Shown here: positions 36,335-45,647 of the stretch, in pieces
Position numbering within the stretch: position 1 is the first letter of the stretch
Layout of the letters: each line of letters begins with the position of its first letter
Source: Thermoproteota archaeon
GTDB lineage: Archaea; Korarchaeota; Korarchaeia; Korarchaeales; Korarchaeaceae
Assembly: GCA_027491395.1 (NCBI GenBank)
Contig: JAOZFI010000036.1
Span: 94,772 to 158,771, forward strand
DNA: 64,000 bases
Direction: 5' to 3'
Notes under the pieces: generated by a model
Database searches by the model: none
What the model was told of the DNA's origin: nothing
Seen by the model: only the letters and a program-made list of their open reading frames with translations
Program-made: the position numbers and the translations under genes

Positions 36335-37739
36335 CGAACGTGTGCACCAGTATCGGCCTCCTGAACGGGGACAGTAGACCTGTAACGTAAAAGTCCCCTG
36401 TTCCTAGTACCCCGATGTCTATGCTTCCCAGACTGACAACCTTACCTATGTCCTCGAGGTCGCTGGACGACTGCAGGGAGCTGAATACTACGCTGTTTAT
36501 GTTCGCCCTGATGTTCATGTCTAGGTCGGATACCCACCTCTGGCTCACGAGTATCAGCCCGATCCCCCATTTTCTTCCCCTCCTCGCCACATCCGAGAGG
36601 GCCTCTGTGGGCGGCTGTCCTCTAGCGTAAACTTGAGCTTCGTCGACCACTATAGCGACATCCAACCTCTCACCGCTCCGTTCTGCCCTCGCCATGAGCC
36701 CTGAAACCACACCCCTCATTATGCCGTACCTGATGGGCAGGGTCTCCGAGCTTATGTCTAGGACCGTGAGATCCCTGTTGAGGATCAGATCCACCAGATC
36801 ATCTATACCGTACTTCCTCCCGTTGAACGATCCCAAGCTGACTCCTGACTTGACGAGCCTGAAAAGGGACTTGGCAACTGTGTGCTCCCTCCTCTTGAGG
36901 TACCCCATGACGAGCCTTAAGATCGCTATGAAGGATTCGTCTTCCCACCTGACTCCCATAGGGCTCTTATCTCTCAACCCTAGGATGGTCGACATGTCAA
37001 ACTGCCCGTTCCCGAAGCCAAGTGACTCCATGAATTCCCTAGCTTTCCCGACGTCGCCCTCGCTGTACAGGTAGGCGTAGAGGGCCACCTCAACATCATC
37101 CAAGTACTCCTTCCCCAGCACCTTGTTAGCCATCACCTCGGCTAGAGAGAGCATGTCCGGGAACACGTCCGCGTCGGGTATGGTCTCCTCCCTGAAGAAG
37201 GGAGCGTAGTCAGCGCCGGTGTGATCGAATATCACGACCCTCTTACCTATCTTCACTAGCTCCCTCACCAACAGTCTCACTAGATGCGATTTGCCCGATC
37301 CTGTGGAGCCGATTACGGCTATGTGGTAATCGACAGCCTTGGGATCTAGCGGGAGGGGCCATCCGGAGGAGGGGTGCTCTCCGATGAATATCGGATCTTC
37401 AATGAACTTCAGATTCTCCAGATCCCCCCTCTCCACTTTGTAGATGGGTGTGCCAGTTGGAGTAGCCGCCAGAACCCTGGGATCGAATCTGCCACTCATG
37501 AGGGACCCGTACAGCTCCACGCTGGCGTTCAGATACTCGTAAGCCCGGACTGCCTCCACGTTCGTGGGAGTGAATGGCGAGTAGGGGGACATGGTGGGAT
37601 TAGCATAGGATACACTCCGAACCACACCAAGGAGCCTGTCGCCCACCAACACCAAGTCGTTAATCAGGACCTCCTCCTCAAGTCTCACTGTGACCCACTT
37701 GGTGGAGGTCCTACCGACAACGAATCCGACTTCCCTCAT
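36318..37739 (-). CDS. HerA/FtsK-family ATPase (DUF87) with N-terminal HAS barrel
   Basis: VGFVVG, HIAVIGSTGSGKS, IFDHTG, IVVDEAQ, RRGRKWGIGLILVSQR. Confidence 0.9.
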   Translation of the reverse strand: MREVGFVVGRTSTKWVTVRLEEEVLINDLVLVGDRLLGVVRSVSYANPTMSPYSPFTPTNVEAVRAYEYLNASVELYGSLMSGRFDPRVLAATPTGTPIYKVERGDLENLKFIEDPIFIGEHPSSGWPLPLDPKAVDYHIAVIGSTGSGKSHLVRLLVRELVKIGKRVVIFDHTGADYAPFFREETIPDADVFPDMLSLAEVMANKVLGKEYLDDVEVALYAYLYSEGDVGKAREFMESLGFGNGQFDMSTILGLRDKSPMGVRWEDESFIAILRLVMGYLKRREHTVAKSLFRLVKSGVSLGSFNGRKYGIDDLVDLILNRDLTVLDISSETLPIRYGIMRGVVSGLMARAERSGERLDVAIVVDEAQVYARGQPPTEALSDVARRGRKWGIGLILVSQRWVSDLDMNIRANINSVVFSSLQSSSDLEDIGKVVSLGSIDIGVLGTGDFYVTGLLSPFRRPILVHTFGEYHG

Positions 37740-37848
37740 TTGAGGGAAGCCTAGGCCTAGCGCGATAAAAATCTATGGACGTTCGCTTGGGGGAGCTCTA
37801 TCCGACACATATTTATGCATGGGAGAGATACTGGGAGCGGTGTACTTA

Positions 37849-38907
37849 ATGGACATAGAAAGGGAGCTTAAGGAGAACAGGAAGATCGTTGACTCCCTCA
37901 TTGAGGGAAGGTTTCCTAAGAACATCGACGTCGAGTACCTGACATGGTTAGCTGGTGAGGCCCCCTACTCCTACGACCCTGATGTTATCCAGAAGACCAT
38001 ATTCGAGCCCATGTGGGATCTCCTCTCCAGAGGTGGCAAAAGGTGGAGGCCTTGGCTCTTCATCATACTGGCCAAGAACCTCAAAGTCGACTTAGAGAAG
38101 TATCAAGAGCTGGCAATCATAGTGGAACTCTTACACAACGGCTCTCTTATCGCCGACGATATAGAAGATGGAGCCGAGGTCAGGAGGGGCGATAAAGCAA
38201 TTCACGTCAAGTATGGCCTCGATATAGCCGTAAACTTGTCCTCAGCCATGTATTTCATGCCCCTACGTATTCTCATGGAGATGGATGTGGACGACTCGAC
38301 CTTCAGGAGGTTGATCAACGCCTACTTGGAGGACATGATAAGGATACACTTGGGCCAAGCGACCGACATTGGGTGGCATCGTGGGCTCAAGGATCCGGAG
38401 GAGATAACCGTCGACCACTACCTCCAGATGTGCGCCAACAAAACCGGGGTACTCCCTAGGCTCGCAGCCAGGTTCGCGGCCATAGCTGCAGGCCTCAACG
38501 AGGAAGAGGAGAGGAGACTGGGGAGATTCGCTGAAACCATAGGCGTAGCCTTCCAGATACAGGACGACATAATGAATGTAACCGGCGCCGAGAAGCTGGG
38601 CAAGGCCTTCGGCGAGGACATAACCGAGGGTAAGGTAACCCTCATGGTCATACACGCTCTCTCAAAGGCGAGCGAAGAGGATAAGAAGAGGCTGAAACAC
38701 ATCCTTTCCCTACATACTAGGGATGGGGCTCTCATAGAGGAGGCTATATCCATCCTAAGGAAATACGGGTCGATTGAGTACGCTAAGGAGTTCGCGAGGA
38801 ACATGATAAGAGAATCGTGGTCCAGTGTGGAAGGGCTCCTCCCCGACAATGAGTACAAGGAGAAGTTAAGGGATCTCGCCAACTTCTTGGTTGAAAGAGA
38901 GTTTTGA
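37849..38907 (+). CDS. Polyprenyl (probably geranylgeranyl) diphosphate synthase
   Basis: GGKRWRP, DDIED, RRG, GQ-x-x-D, KTG, FQIQDD, DITEGK. Confidence 0.93.
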   Translation: MDIERELKENRKIVDSLIEGRFPKNIDVEYLTWLAGEAPYSYDPDVIQKTIFEPMWDLLSRGGKRWRPWLFIILAKNLKVDLEKYQELAIIVELLHNGSLIADDIEDGAEVRRGDKAIHVKYGLDIAVNLSSAMYFMPLRILMEMDVDDSTFRRLINAYLEDMIRIHLGQATDIGWHRGLKDPEEITVDHYLQMCANKTGVLPRLAARFAAIAAGLNEEEERRLGRFAETIGVAFQIQDDIMNVTGAEKLGKAFGEDITEGKVTLMVIHALSKASEEDKKRLKHILSLHTRDGALIEEAISILRKYGSIEYAKEFARNMIRESWSSVEGLLPDNEYKEKLRDLANFLVEREF

Positions 38908-38910
38908 TCA

Positions 38911-40182
38911 TTATTGAATGAGGAGGCTCCTCCTCACTTCATGTTCCAGCTTCTTGGTCTTTATTACGGATGCTAACATTACCAATAAGGCCGATATCCC
39001 GTAGAGGATGACCAGTCCGGTATAGCCCGCTACGAAACCGCCCAAGAGAGCACCAATTGACCAGCCGAGCGATCTCACGAAGTTCACCTGTCCGAGGTAT
39101 TCCAGTGAGACCCTTAAGCCCCTCCTAGATATTGAGACCATGATGAAGGACCATGTTGCCCCATCGAGAATCATGAACGCTATGAAGTACTGGAGCGGGG
39201 AGAATATCCCGAGTAGAACGGTTGGTACGCTGAAGAGCATGACCGACCTAGCGAGGAGCGAGAGATTCAAGTTCCTTATCTCGTCTCCCCTCCCTGCCCT
39301 CTTGTAGAGTGTACTGGAGACAAGAGAGCTCAGGGCCGACAGCAGGTAGATGTGGGAGTTATTAAGGCCTAAGGCCTTCTGGACTCCAACAAGCTGCGGA
39401 TAGGCCAGTCCCAGACCTATGAAAGCCAAGAAAACCTTCAGGCTGAAGGGCACTCCTACCTTGGGCAGGCTCAGCAGTATATAGGCCGGCTTCTGGAATA
39501 GGGTCCCCCTAGCAACCCTAGACATGAGGGCCATTGTCCATTCTAAGGCCTCCTCCTCCGCGCGGTGAACTGCTTCGATGCCCTCCTCTATTATGGGGAG
39601 GAGGCCTATCTCCTCCTCGTAGGCCTTCCTCAATATGCTCAGGACAGGTATCCTCAGGGAGGCAACGATGAGTGGTATCAGGAGGAGGTCTATCAGGACG
39701 CTCAGCAGGGCCAGCCCCTCTATACTCGTCAATTGGAGGATGAAAGCCCCTAGGAAAAGTCCAGCAAGCCAGGCCCATCCGGATACGGATTCGTACGATG
39801 AAGAGGCCTCTGATGGATCCTTAAGCTGATCGTAGGCATAGAAGAGTCCCGAGAAGTACGAGATGGGGGAGAGAAAGGCAACCAAGAACGAGGCAAGGAG
39901 AGCAGCATAGACATCTGGATAGCTAACTACCAGTCCAGGCACCACGAGGGAGAGATGTCCTAAGGCTATCCCCGGCACATGCCTGTCCTTCGGTGCCAAA
40001 GCCTTGGTCCAAGCGAGGTTACCTATCATGAGTCCTAGGTACATCAGGAAGAAGGAGAGTGAGAGGTGTTCGGGCCCTCCCCCGTATTCTAGGACTGCGA
40101 GCGGTGCCAGCTGATAGAGTATGGAGGAGAGGAGCCTATGGGGGATAGAGGCCGTTTTCCACCTCTCCATTCTTCCTCTCAC
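38911..40182 (-). CDS. MFS-like membrane transporter
   Basis: Two bundles of about 6 TM each, separated by a charged loop. Confidence 0.65.
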   Translation of the reverse strand: MRGRMERWKTASIPHRLLSSILYQLAPLAVLEYGGGPEHLSLSFFLMYLGLMIGNLAWTKALAPKDRHVPGIALGHLSLVVPGLVVSYPDVYAALLASFLVAFLSPISYFSGLFYAYDQLKDPSEASSSYESVSGWAWLAGLFLGAFILQLTSIEGLALLSVLIDLLLIPLIVASLRIPVLSILRKAYEEEIGLLPIIEEGIEAVHRAEEEALEWTMALMSRVARGTLFQKPAYILLSLPKVGVPFSLKVFLAFIGLGLAYPQLVGVQKALGLNNSHIYLLSALSSLVSSTLYKRAGRGDEIRNLNLSLLARSVMLFSVPTVLLGIFSPLQYFIAFMILDGATWSFIMVSISRRGLRVSLEYLGQVNFVRSLGWSIGALLGGFVAGYTGLVILYGISALLVMLASVIKTKKLEHEVRRSLLIQ

Positions 40183-40849
40183 TTTCCTTCCCCAAGATCT
40201 CCCTTAATATTGATTTGATGTAGGGCCTCAACTCGTCCTTGAGCACCAAGCCTAGGGCTATGCCCACCGCCACCCCTATGGAGATGGTGATCGCCGCAAC
40301 AGCTATCACCACAGTCTGGACGAGCAGGCTGACATCTATCCCCACGGTGGAAAGGGCGGCGATTGTGAATACGGCGATGCTCGTGAACTTGAACAGGGAC
40401 CCGAAGAACTCCTTCCCGGCCAAGGTGGAACCAAGTACGTGCTTCTTCACTATACCTCCGACGATAAGCCCGATGAATACGAGGAAGAGACCGGCTAGTA
40501 TCTTTGGTGAGTGTTCTACTAGGGCCCTAGCTGAGTCGGCTAGGACGCCGGAGCCCAGATTCTCGGCAGCGACTCCTATGAATAGGAGGTAGATGTACCA
40601 CTTGACTAGCCCGGCGAGGAGACCGGAAGGACTTATGCCGTACAGCTCGTCCATGAGACCCTTTCTGCGCACCCACTTGTCCAGTCCAAGGAACTTCCTT
40701 AGTAAGCCGCTGATGACTATGCCCACAAGCCTTCCTATCACGTATCCCACTAGAAGAATCACAGCAGCAGATAACAACTTGGGAGCAGTCACTTTGAACA
40801 GCATCCAGAGCTGCTCTAGCGCCACGACTACGTCCTGTAGCCCCTGCAT
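40136..40849 (-). CDS. TM-helix repeat protein (CmpX/MscS TM-like)
   Basis: PKLLSAAVILLVG and PKILAGLFLVFIG repeats; AVGIALGL. Confidence 0.8.
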   Translation of the reverse strand: MQGLQDVVVALEQLWMLFKVTAPKLLSAAVILLVGYVIGRLVGIVISGLLRKFLGLDKWVRRKGLMDELYGISPSGLLAGLVKWYIYLLFIGVAAENLGSGVLADSARALVEHSPKILAGLFLVFIGLIVGGIVKKHVLGSTLAGKEFFGSLFKFTSIAVFTIAALSTVGIDVSLLVQTVVIAVAAITISIGVAVGIALGLVLKDELRPYIKSILREILGKESERKNGEVENGLYPP

Positions 40850-40914
40850 TCCTACCAGCCGGCAGTCGGCTCAAACCCGTTTATAAATGTTTCTGGTCAA
40901 AAATGAGAGGTTAT

Positions 40915-42354
40915 TCAGGCTGAAAACTTCTCCATGGGCTTAACATCGTGGGGAGCTATCTCTCTAGCACCTACTGACGATAAGAGGGCTATTCTGGCCT
41001 TCTCCTTCATTTCCCCTATGTTGGCGGCGCCCACATAGCCTAAGGCGGCCCTCAAGCCCGCAACGAACTTATCTATGACTGTAGCGACATCACCCCTGTA
41101 CGGGACTAGGCCCTCTATCCCCTCGGCTATGTCCTTGGACGGCTTGCTGTATCTGTCGAGAGCGAACCTCTTCGACCTGGCTGATGGGCTGCCCATACCC
41201 CTGTAAACCTTGTACATTTTCCCTCCCACTATCAGAGGGGATCCCGGGGATTCCTTGGTTCCAGCCAAGGCGAAGCCGAGCATGACAGCATCTGCACCGG
41301 CTGCAAAGGCTTTAGCTGCCTCAGCAGGACCCCTAACCCCTCCATCGGCGATAACAGCCACATCAGAGCCGTATTTAGCCACCGCTTCAGAGGCCTTGGC
41401 CACGGCGAAGAGGGTCGGTGCAGCGACACCCGTCACCTCCCCGGTGGTGCATATGCTACCGCTGGCTATACCGACCCTCAGACCCACTACATCAAGCCTA
41501 GTGATGATCTCCTCAGCAGCCTCGTAGGTCCCGATGTTCCCCGCCACTAGGGGAACGTTGACCTCCTCCGTTATCCTCTTGGCAGCTCTCATCACATTCT
41601 CGTTATGGAAGTGTGCCACATCAGTGACCAGCAGATCCACATAAGGCTCGAGGGCCTTCGCTCTCTCCAGATCGAAGGGAGATATGGCCGCAGCTACTCT
41701 CAGCCTTCCCTCCTCGTCTCTGGTGGCGAACGGATGTGATTCCCTGTAAAAGACGTCCTTAGCAGTTATAAGACCGACTAGCCTACCAGAATCATCGACC
41801 ACAGGGAGTTTCTCTATTTTATAGCGGGACATGATCTTCCTAGCCTCTTGGGGAGTTATATCTGGACTGACCGTGATGACATCTTTCGTCATCACCTCCC
41901 TAACCGCCTGATTACCGTTCTCGGCGAAGTAGACGTCTCTCCTAGTTATTATACCCACCAACCTGCCCTCGACCACGACAGGGAGGCCTGATATGTTCAT
42001 CTCCTTCATTACCGAGCGAGCGGTCTCGACAGTATCATCGGGAGTAACGGTTACAACATCCCTTATTATGAAAGACTCCGCCCTCTTGACCGCTTTAGCC
42101 ATGTTAACCTGCTCTTCAACCGTGCAATTCCTGTGCAGTACGCCTAAGGCGCCCATCCTAGCGACGGCTATGGCCATCTCTGCCTCCGTCACTGTATCCA
42201 TCGGAGAGGATAGTATGGGGACGTGAAGCCCGATCTCTCCCAGCCGGGTGGATAGATCCACCTCGGAAGGTTCTACCTGGGTCTTTCCGGGCAGGAGAAT
42301 GACGTCCCCGAATGTGAAAGCCATCTCTATGTTAGCAAACTTATCCCAAGGCAT
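40915..42354 (-). CDS. guaB: IMP dehydrogenase with CBS pair
   Basis: SSPMDTVTE, GIASGSICTT (catalytic Cys), IADGG, YRGMGS, EGIEG. Confidence 0.96.
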   Translation of the reverse strand: MPWDKFANIEMAFTFGDVILLPGKTQVEPSEVDLSTRLGEIGLHVPILSSPMDTVTEAEMAIAVARMGALGVLHRNCTVEEQVNMAKAVKRAESFIIRDVVTVTPDDTVETARSVMKEMNISGLPVVVEGRLVGIITRRDVYFAENGNQAVREVMTKDVITVSPDITPQEARKIMSRYKIEKLPVVDDSGRLVGLITAKDVFYRESHPFATRDEEGRLRVAAAISPFDLERAKALEPYVDLLVTDVAHFHNENVMRAAKRITEEVNVPLVAGNIGTYEAAEEIITRLDVVGLRVGIASGSICTTGEVTGVAAPTLFAVAKASEAVAKYGSDVAVIADGGVRGPAEAAKAFAAGADAVMLGFALAGTKESPGSPLIVGGKMYKVYRGMGSPSARSKRFALDRYSKPSKDIAEGIEGLVPYRGDVATVIDKFVAGLRAALGYVGAANIGEMKEKARIALLSSVGAREIAPHDVKPMEKFSA

Positions 42355-42398
42355 ATCTAGAGTGGATAGACGGTTGGATAAACTTTTCGCCCCTCGAG

Positions 42399-42803
42399 TC
42401 AGGGCTCGACGGTTCTGCTCTTGGGGACTAGGTTATGGAGCACCTCACCATTGTAGTACCCTGAGCCAGCGAAAACCGGGCCGAACTTCACCAAGTAAAC
42501 CCCCCTCTCAGGTAGCTCCACTACTATATCCTCTCCCTTCATCCATCTCCTGAACTCCTCCTCACTGAGCTCCACCACATGCCTCAAAGCTTCCCTGCCG
42601 ATTATGTAAGATCCCTCCACACTAATTATGTAACCGTAAGGAGCCTTCTTGGCCAGATAGACCCCTCTTATCACATCTTTCACATCGAATCCGGCGGCTT
42701 CCTTGGTCAGGAGCCTTATCCTCTTCTTACCTGACCTGATCAAGGAGTAGCCAGAGAGATCGACACCGAACCACTCCCTGATCCAGGCGAGGAACTCGCT
42801 CAC
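42399..42803 (-). CDS. NIP7-like/PUA methyltransferase-associated protein
   Basis: EWFG, SVEGSYIIG, WMKGED, NLVPKSR; GTG 42803 overlaps the Nop2 stop. Confidence 0.78.
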   Translation of the reverse strand: MSEFLAWIREWFGVDLSGYSLIRSGKKRIRLLTKEAAGFDVKDVIRGVYLAKKAPYGYIISVEGSYIIGREALRHVVELSEEEFRRWMKGEDIVVELPERGVYLVKFGPVFAGSGYYNGEVLHNLVPKSRTVEP

Positions 42804-43747
42804 ATCGGCTTCCTTAGTAGGCCCACGAAGAACCCTATCGTGTCGTTGTCCTGTGGGTATATCCTCATGGTTTTCCTCAGCTCGCTTCCGAACTCCCAAT
42901 CCATCCACCTCTCCAATCCTGGCCTCCACCTGAGCCCCTCCAACTGGGGCTCCTCCAGTACGGCACCTAGCTTCAGGAGGTTATAAACGACCCACTCGTT
43001 CTCCTTTGGTTCCAACGTGCATGTGGAGTACACCATGACTCCTCCTTTCTTGAGGACGCGGTAGGCCGCCTTAGCAAGGGAGAGTTGGAGCTTGGCTATC
43101 TTGTTGATGGACTTGGGGCTCCACCTAGCCAGAGCACCCCAAGACCTCCTGACCTCTCCTAGAGAACTGCAGGGAGCATCTAACAGCACTTTATCAAATT
43201 TCTCCTCCCCGAAGAACTGAGGAGCCCTCCTTCCGTCGGACAGAGTAACTATTACGTTGATGGATCCCATCCTCTGAATGTTGGCTATTAAGGCGTCTAC
43301 CCGATCGGGAGTCACATCATTGGCCACCAAAACCCCCTCGTGCCTCATCATCTCAGATAGCTGGGTGGTCTTGGATCCTGGGGAGGCAGCCAGATCCAAT
43401 ACCCTCTCTCCCGGACTGGGTGAAAGTGCGACTGGAGGGATCATGGAAGCCGCTTCCTGAACGTAATATAGACCTAGCTGATGCCATTCAGTATTTCCCA
43501 GTCTTTCTGGACCCTTCCTCACCCTGTAGCCGTACTCGTACCACGGTATTGGCTCTAACACCCACCCACTCTCCTCAAGCTTCGCCACTAGCCAGCCAGG
43601 ATCTACTTTCATCGGATTGAGCCTAATGCTTGGAGTTGGCTTCCTTGCCATGAAGGACAGGAGTATGTCGTACTCCTCTCCAAGGAGTTTCCTGTACCTC
43701 CTCTCAAACTCTGGTTTTATCAGCCCCTCCGGAATGCCATCGCTCAT
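42800..43747 (-). CDS. RsmB/NOL1/Nop2 family RNA m5C methyltransferase
   Basis: YVQEAAS, DLAASPGSKT, LLDAPCS, VYSTCT. Confidence 0.93.
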   Translation of the reverse strand: MSDGIPEGLIKPEFERRYRKLLGEEYDILLSFMARKPTPSIRLNPMKVDPGWLVAKLEESGWVLEPIPWYEYGYRVRKGPERLGNTEWHQLGLYYVQEAASMIPPVALSPSPGERVLDLAASPGSKTTQLSEMMRHEGVLVANDVTPDRVDALIANIQRMGSINVIVTLSDGRRAPQFFGEEKFDKVLLDAPCSSLGEVRRSWGALARWSPKSINKIAKLQLSLAKAAYRVLKKGGVMVYSTCTLEPKENEWVVYNLLKLGAVLEEPQLEGLRWRPGLERWMDWEFGSELRKTMRIYPQDNDTIGFFVGLLRKPM

Positions 43748-43799
43748 CTCGCCAGATGATACCCCTAGCTTTATCTAGGTTTTGGATGGATGGAGCCTG

Positions 43800-45521
43800 A
43801 TGGGTGTTAACTTGGAGGAGCTGAGGGACCTGATACTCAAGTTGGCTGCTGAAAACGCTCTCAAGTACGGTAAGGCCAATCCAAAGGCTGTCCTAGGTAA
43901 GCTCATGGCATCTCGACCGGATCTTAGACCGAAAGCTAGGGAACTGGCTTCTCTGGTGGAGGAAGTGGTCTCTCAGGTCAATGAGATGCCTCCTGAAGCC
44001 CTGAAAGAGATAGCCACACCACCTAAGAGGGAGAGAAAGCCACAGGGGAGAGTATGGCCGCCCCTAGAGGGGGCTGAGGAGGGTAACGTCGTGACGAGGG
44101 TGGCACCGGAACCCAACGGTTATCCGACGCTGGGGCACGCTAAGGGGCTGTTAGTCCCCTTCATATATGCTAGGATATACAAGGGGAAGTTCCTGCTCAG
44201 ATTCGAGGACACCAACCCTAGGGTGGAGAGGCTGGAGTTCTACGATGCCATAAGGGGGGAGTTTTCCAGACTACTCGAGGCTGCTGAGAGGGAACTCGGG
44301 CTGTCACCGGGTAAATGGGACGAGGAGATCATTGAGTCCTATCACATCCCTAAAATGTACGAGCTGGCGGAGAGGCTGATAAAGCAGGGAGACGCATATG
44401 TATGCACATGCCCAGCTGAGAAGGTCCGTCAGTGGAGGAGAGAGGGAAGGGAATGCGAGCACAGGGATCAGCCGGTGGAAGTCAACTTGGAGTTGTGGGA
44501 AAGAATGCTTGAGGGAGATTTCAAGGAGGGAGAGGCTCATCTCAGGCTCAAGACGGACATGAGGCATCCCAACATAACCATGAGGGATCCAGGCATCTTC
44601 AGGATAGTGGAGGCGCCTCACCCGATCCACGGGGACAGGTTCAGGGTTTACCCAGTGTACGACTTCTCGGTCAGCGTCATGGACTCTCTAACTGGGGTAA
44701 CTCATGCGTTCCGTAGCAAGGAGTTCGAACCACATGTAGAGGTTCAGAGGACGATAATCAGGAAGCTGGGCCTGAGGGAATATCACATGGTGCAGTTCGG
44801 CAGGATAACAGTGGAAGGGATCCCCCTCTCCAAGAGGTACATAAGGCCCCTTGTGGAGAGCGGGATCTTGGAAGGGTGGGACGATCCTAGGATACCGACC
44901 CTTAGGGGGCTGTTCAGGAGGGGCATCCTCCCAGAGGCGATAGTGAGGTTCTTCCACGAGCTCGGACCGAGTAAGGTGGATGCCACGGTCAACATGGATA
45001 TGCTGGCAGCCATTAACAGGAAGCTACTCGACCCCAAAGTGCCCCGCTACATGTTCGTCCCAGATCCAGTCAGGGCAGTTATAGAGGGGATAGACACTCC
45101 TGTAGAGGCCAGGGTGCAGATCCATCCAGATTCAAAGGAGTACAGAACGATAGTCGTGGAGGAGCCGATCGTCTACATATCAAAGAGCGATGTGGAGGGT
45201 TTGAAGGCTGGAGATGAATTCAGGCTGAGGGGTCTAGCTACGGTGAGGGTGAGGAGCGTGAACCCCGACGAGGTGTCCCTGATCCTCAGCCAAGAGCAGA
45301 AGATCAAGGGGGTCAAAATCATACAATGGGCGCCGCTCAAGGGGGGTGTCCCAGCTAGGGTATTCATCCCCCTGTCCCCTTACTCGTACGAGATGCTGGG
45401 AGGCTATGGAGAACCCGCATTGGCCGAAATGAGGGAGGGCGATATGGCCCAGATGCTGAGGATGGGCTTCGTCAGACTGGATAAGCGGAAGCCCCTGACC
45501 TTCATCTTATCGCACAGGTAA
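43800..45521 (+). CDS. gltX: Glutamyl-tRNA synthetase (archaeal)
   Basis: NALKYGKA, APEPNG, TLGH (HIGH), RFEDTNP, LSKR, GWDDPR, RRGI. Confidence 0.95.
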   Translation: MGVNLEELRDLILKLAAENALKYGKANPKAVLGKLMASRPDLRPKARELASLVEEVVSQVNEMPPEALKEIATPPKRERKPQGRVWPPLEGAEEGNVVTRVAPEPNGYPTLGHAKGLLVPFIYARIYKGKFLLRFEDTNPRVERLEFYDAIRGEFSRLLEAAERELGLSPGKWDEEIIESYHIPKMYELAERLIKQGDAYVCTCPAEKVRQWRREGRECEHRDQPVEVNLELWERMLEGDFKEGEAHLRLKTDMRHPNITMRDPGIFRIVEAPHPIHGDRFRVYPVYDFSVSVMDSLTGVTHAFRSKEFEPHVEVQRTIIRKLGLREYHMVQFGRITVEGIPLSKRYIRPLVESGILEGWDDPRIPTLRGLFRRGILPEAIVRFFHELGPSKVDATVNMDMLAAINRKLLDPKVPRYMFVPDPVRAVIEGIDTPVEARVQIHPDSKEYRTIVVEEPIVYISKSDVEGLKAGDEFRLRGLATVRVRSVNPDEVSLILSQEQKIKGVKIIQWAPLKGGVPARVFIPLSPYSYEMLGGYGEPALAEMREGDMAQMLRMGFVRLDKRKPLTFILSHR

Positions 45522-45647
45522 TTATCCTCATCATTTTTCCCAAGCGGAGGTATTAGGGGCTCGATACCTCCTTCATACAGCACTATTAATTGACGAGAGT
45601 TCCATTTAAAAGGGGGCAAGCTTGACTATGCGTGAAGGGATGAATGG

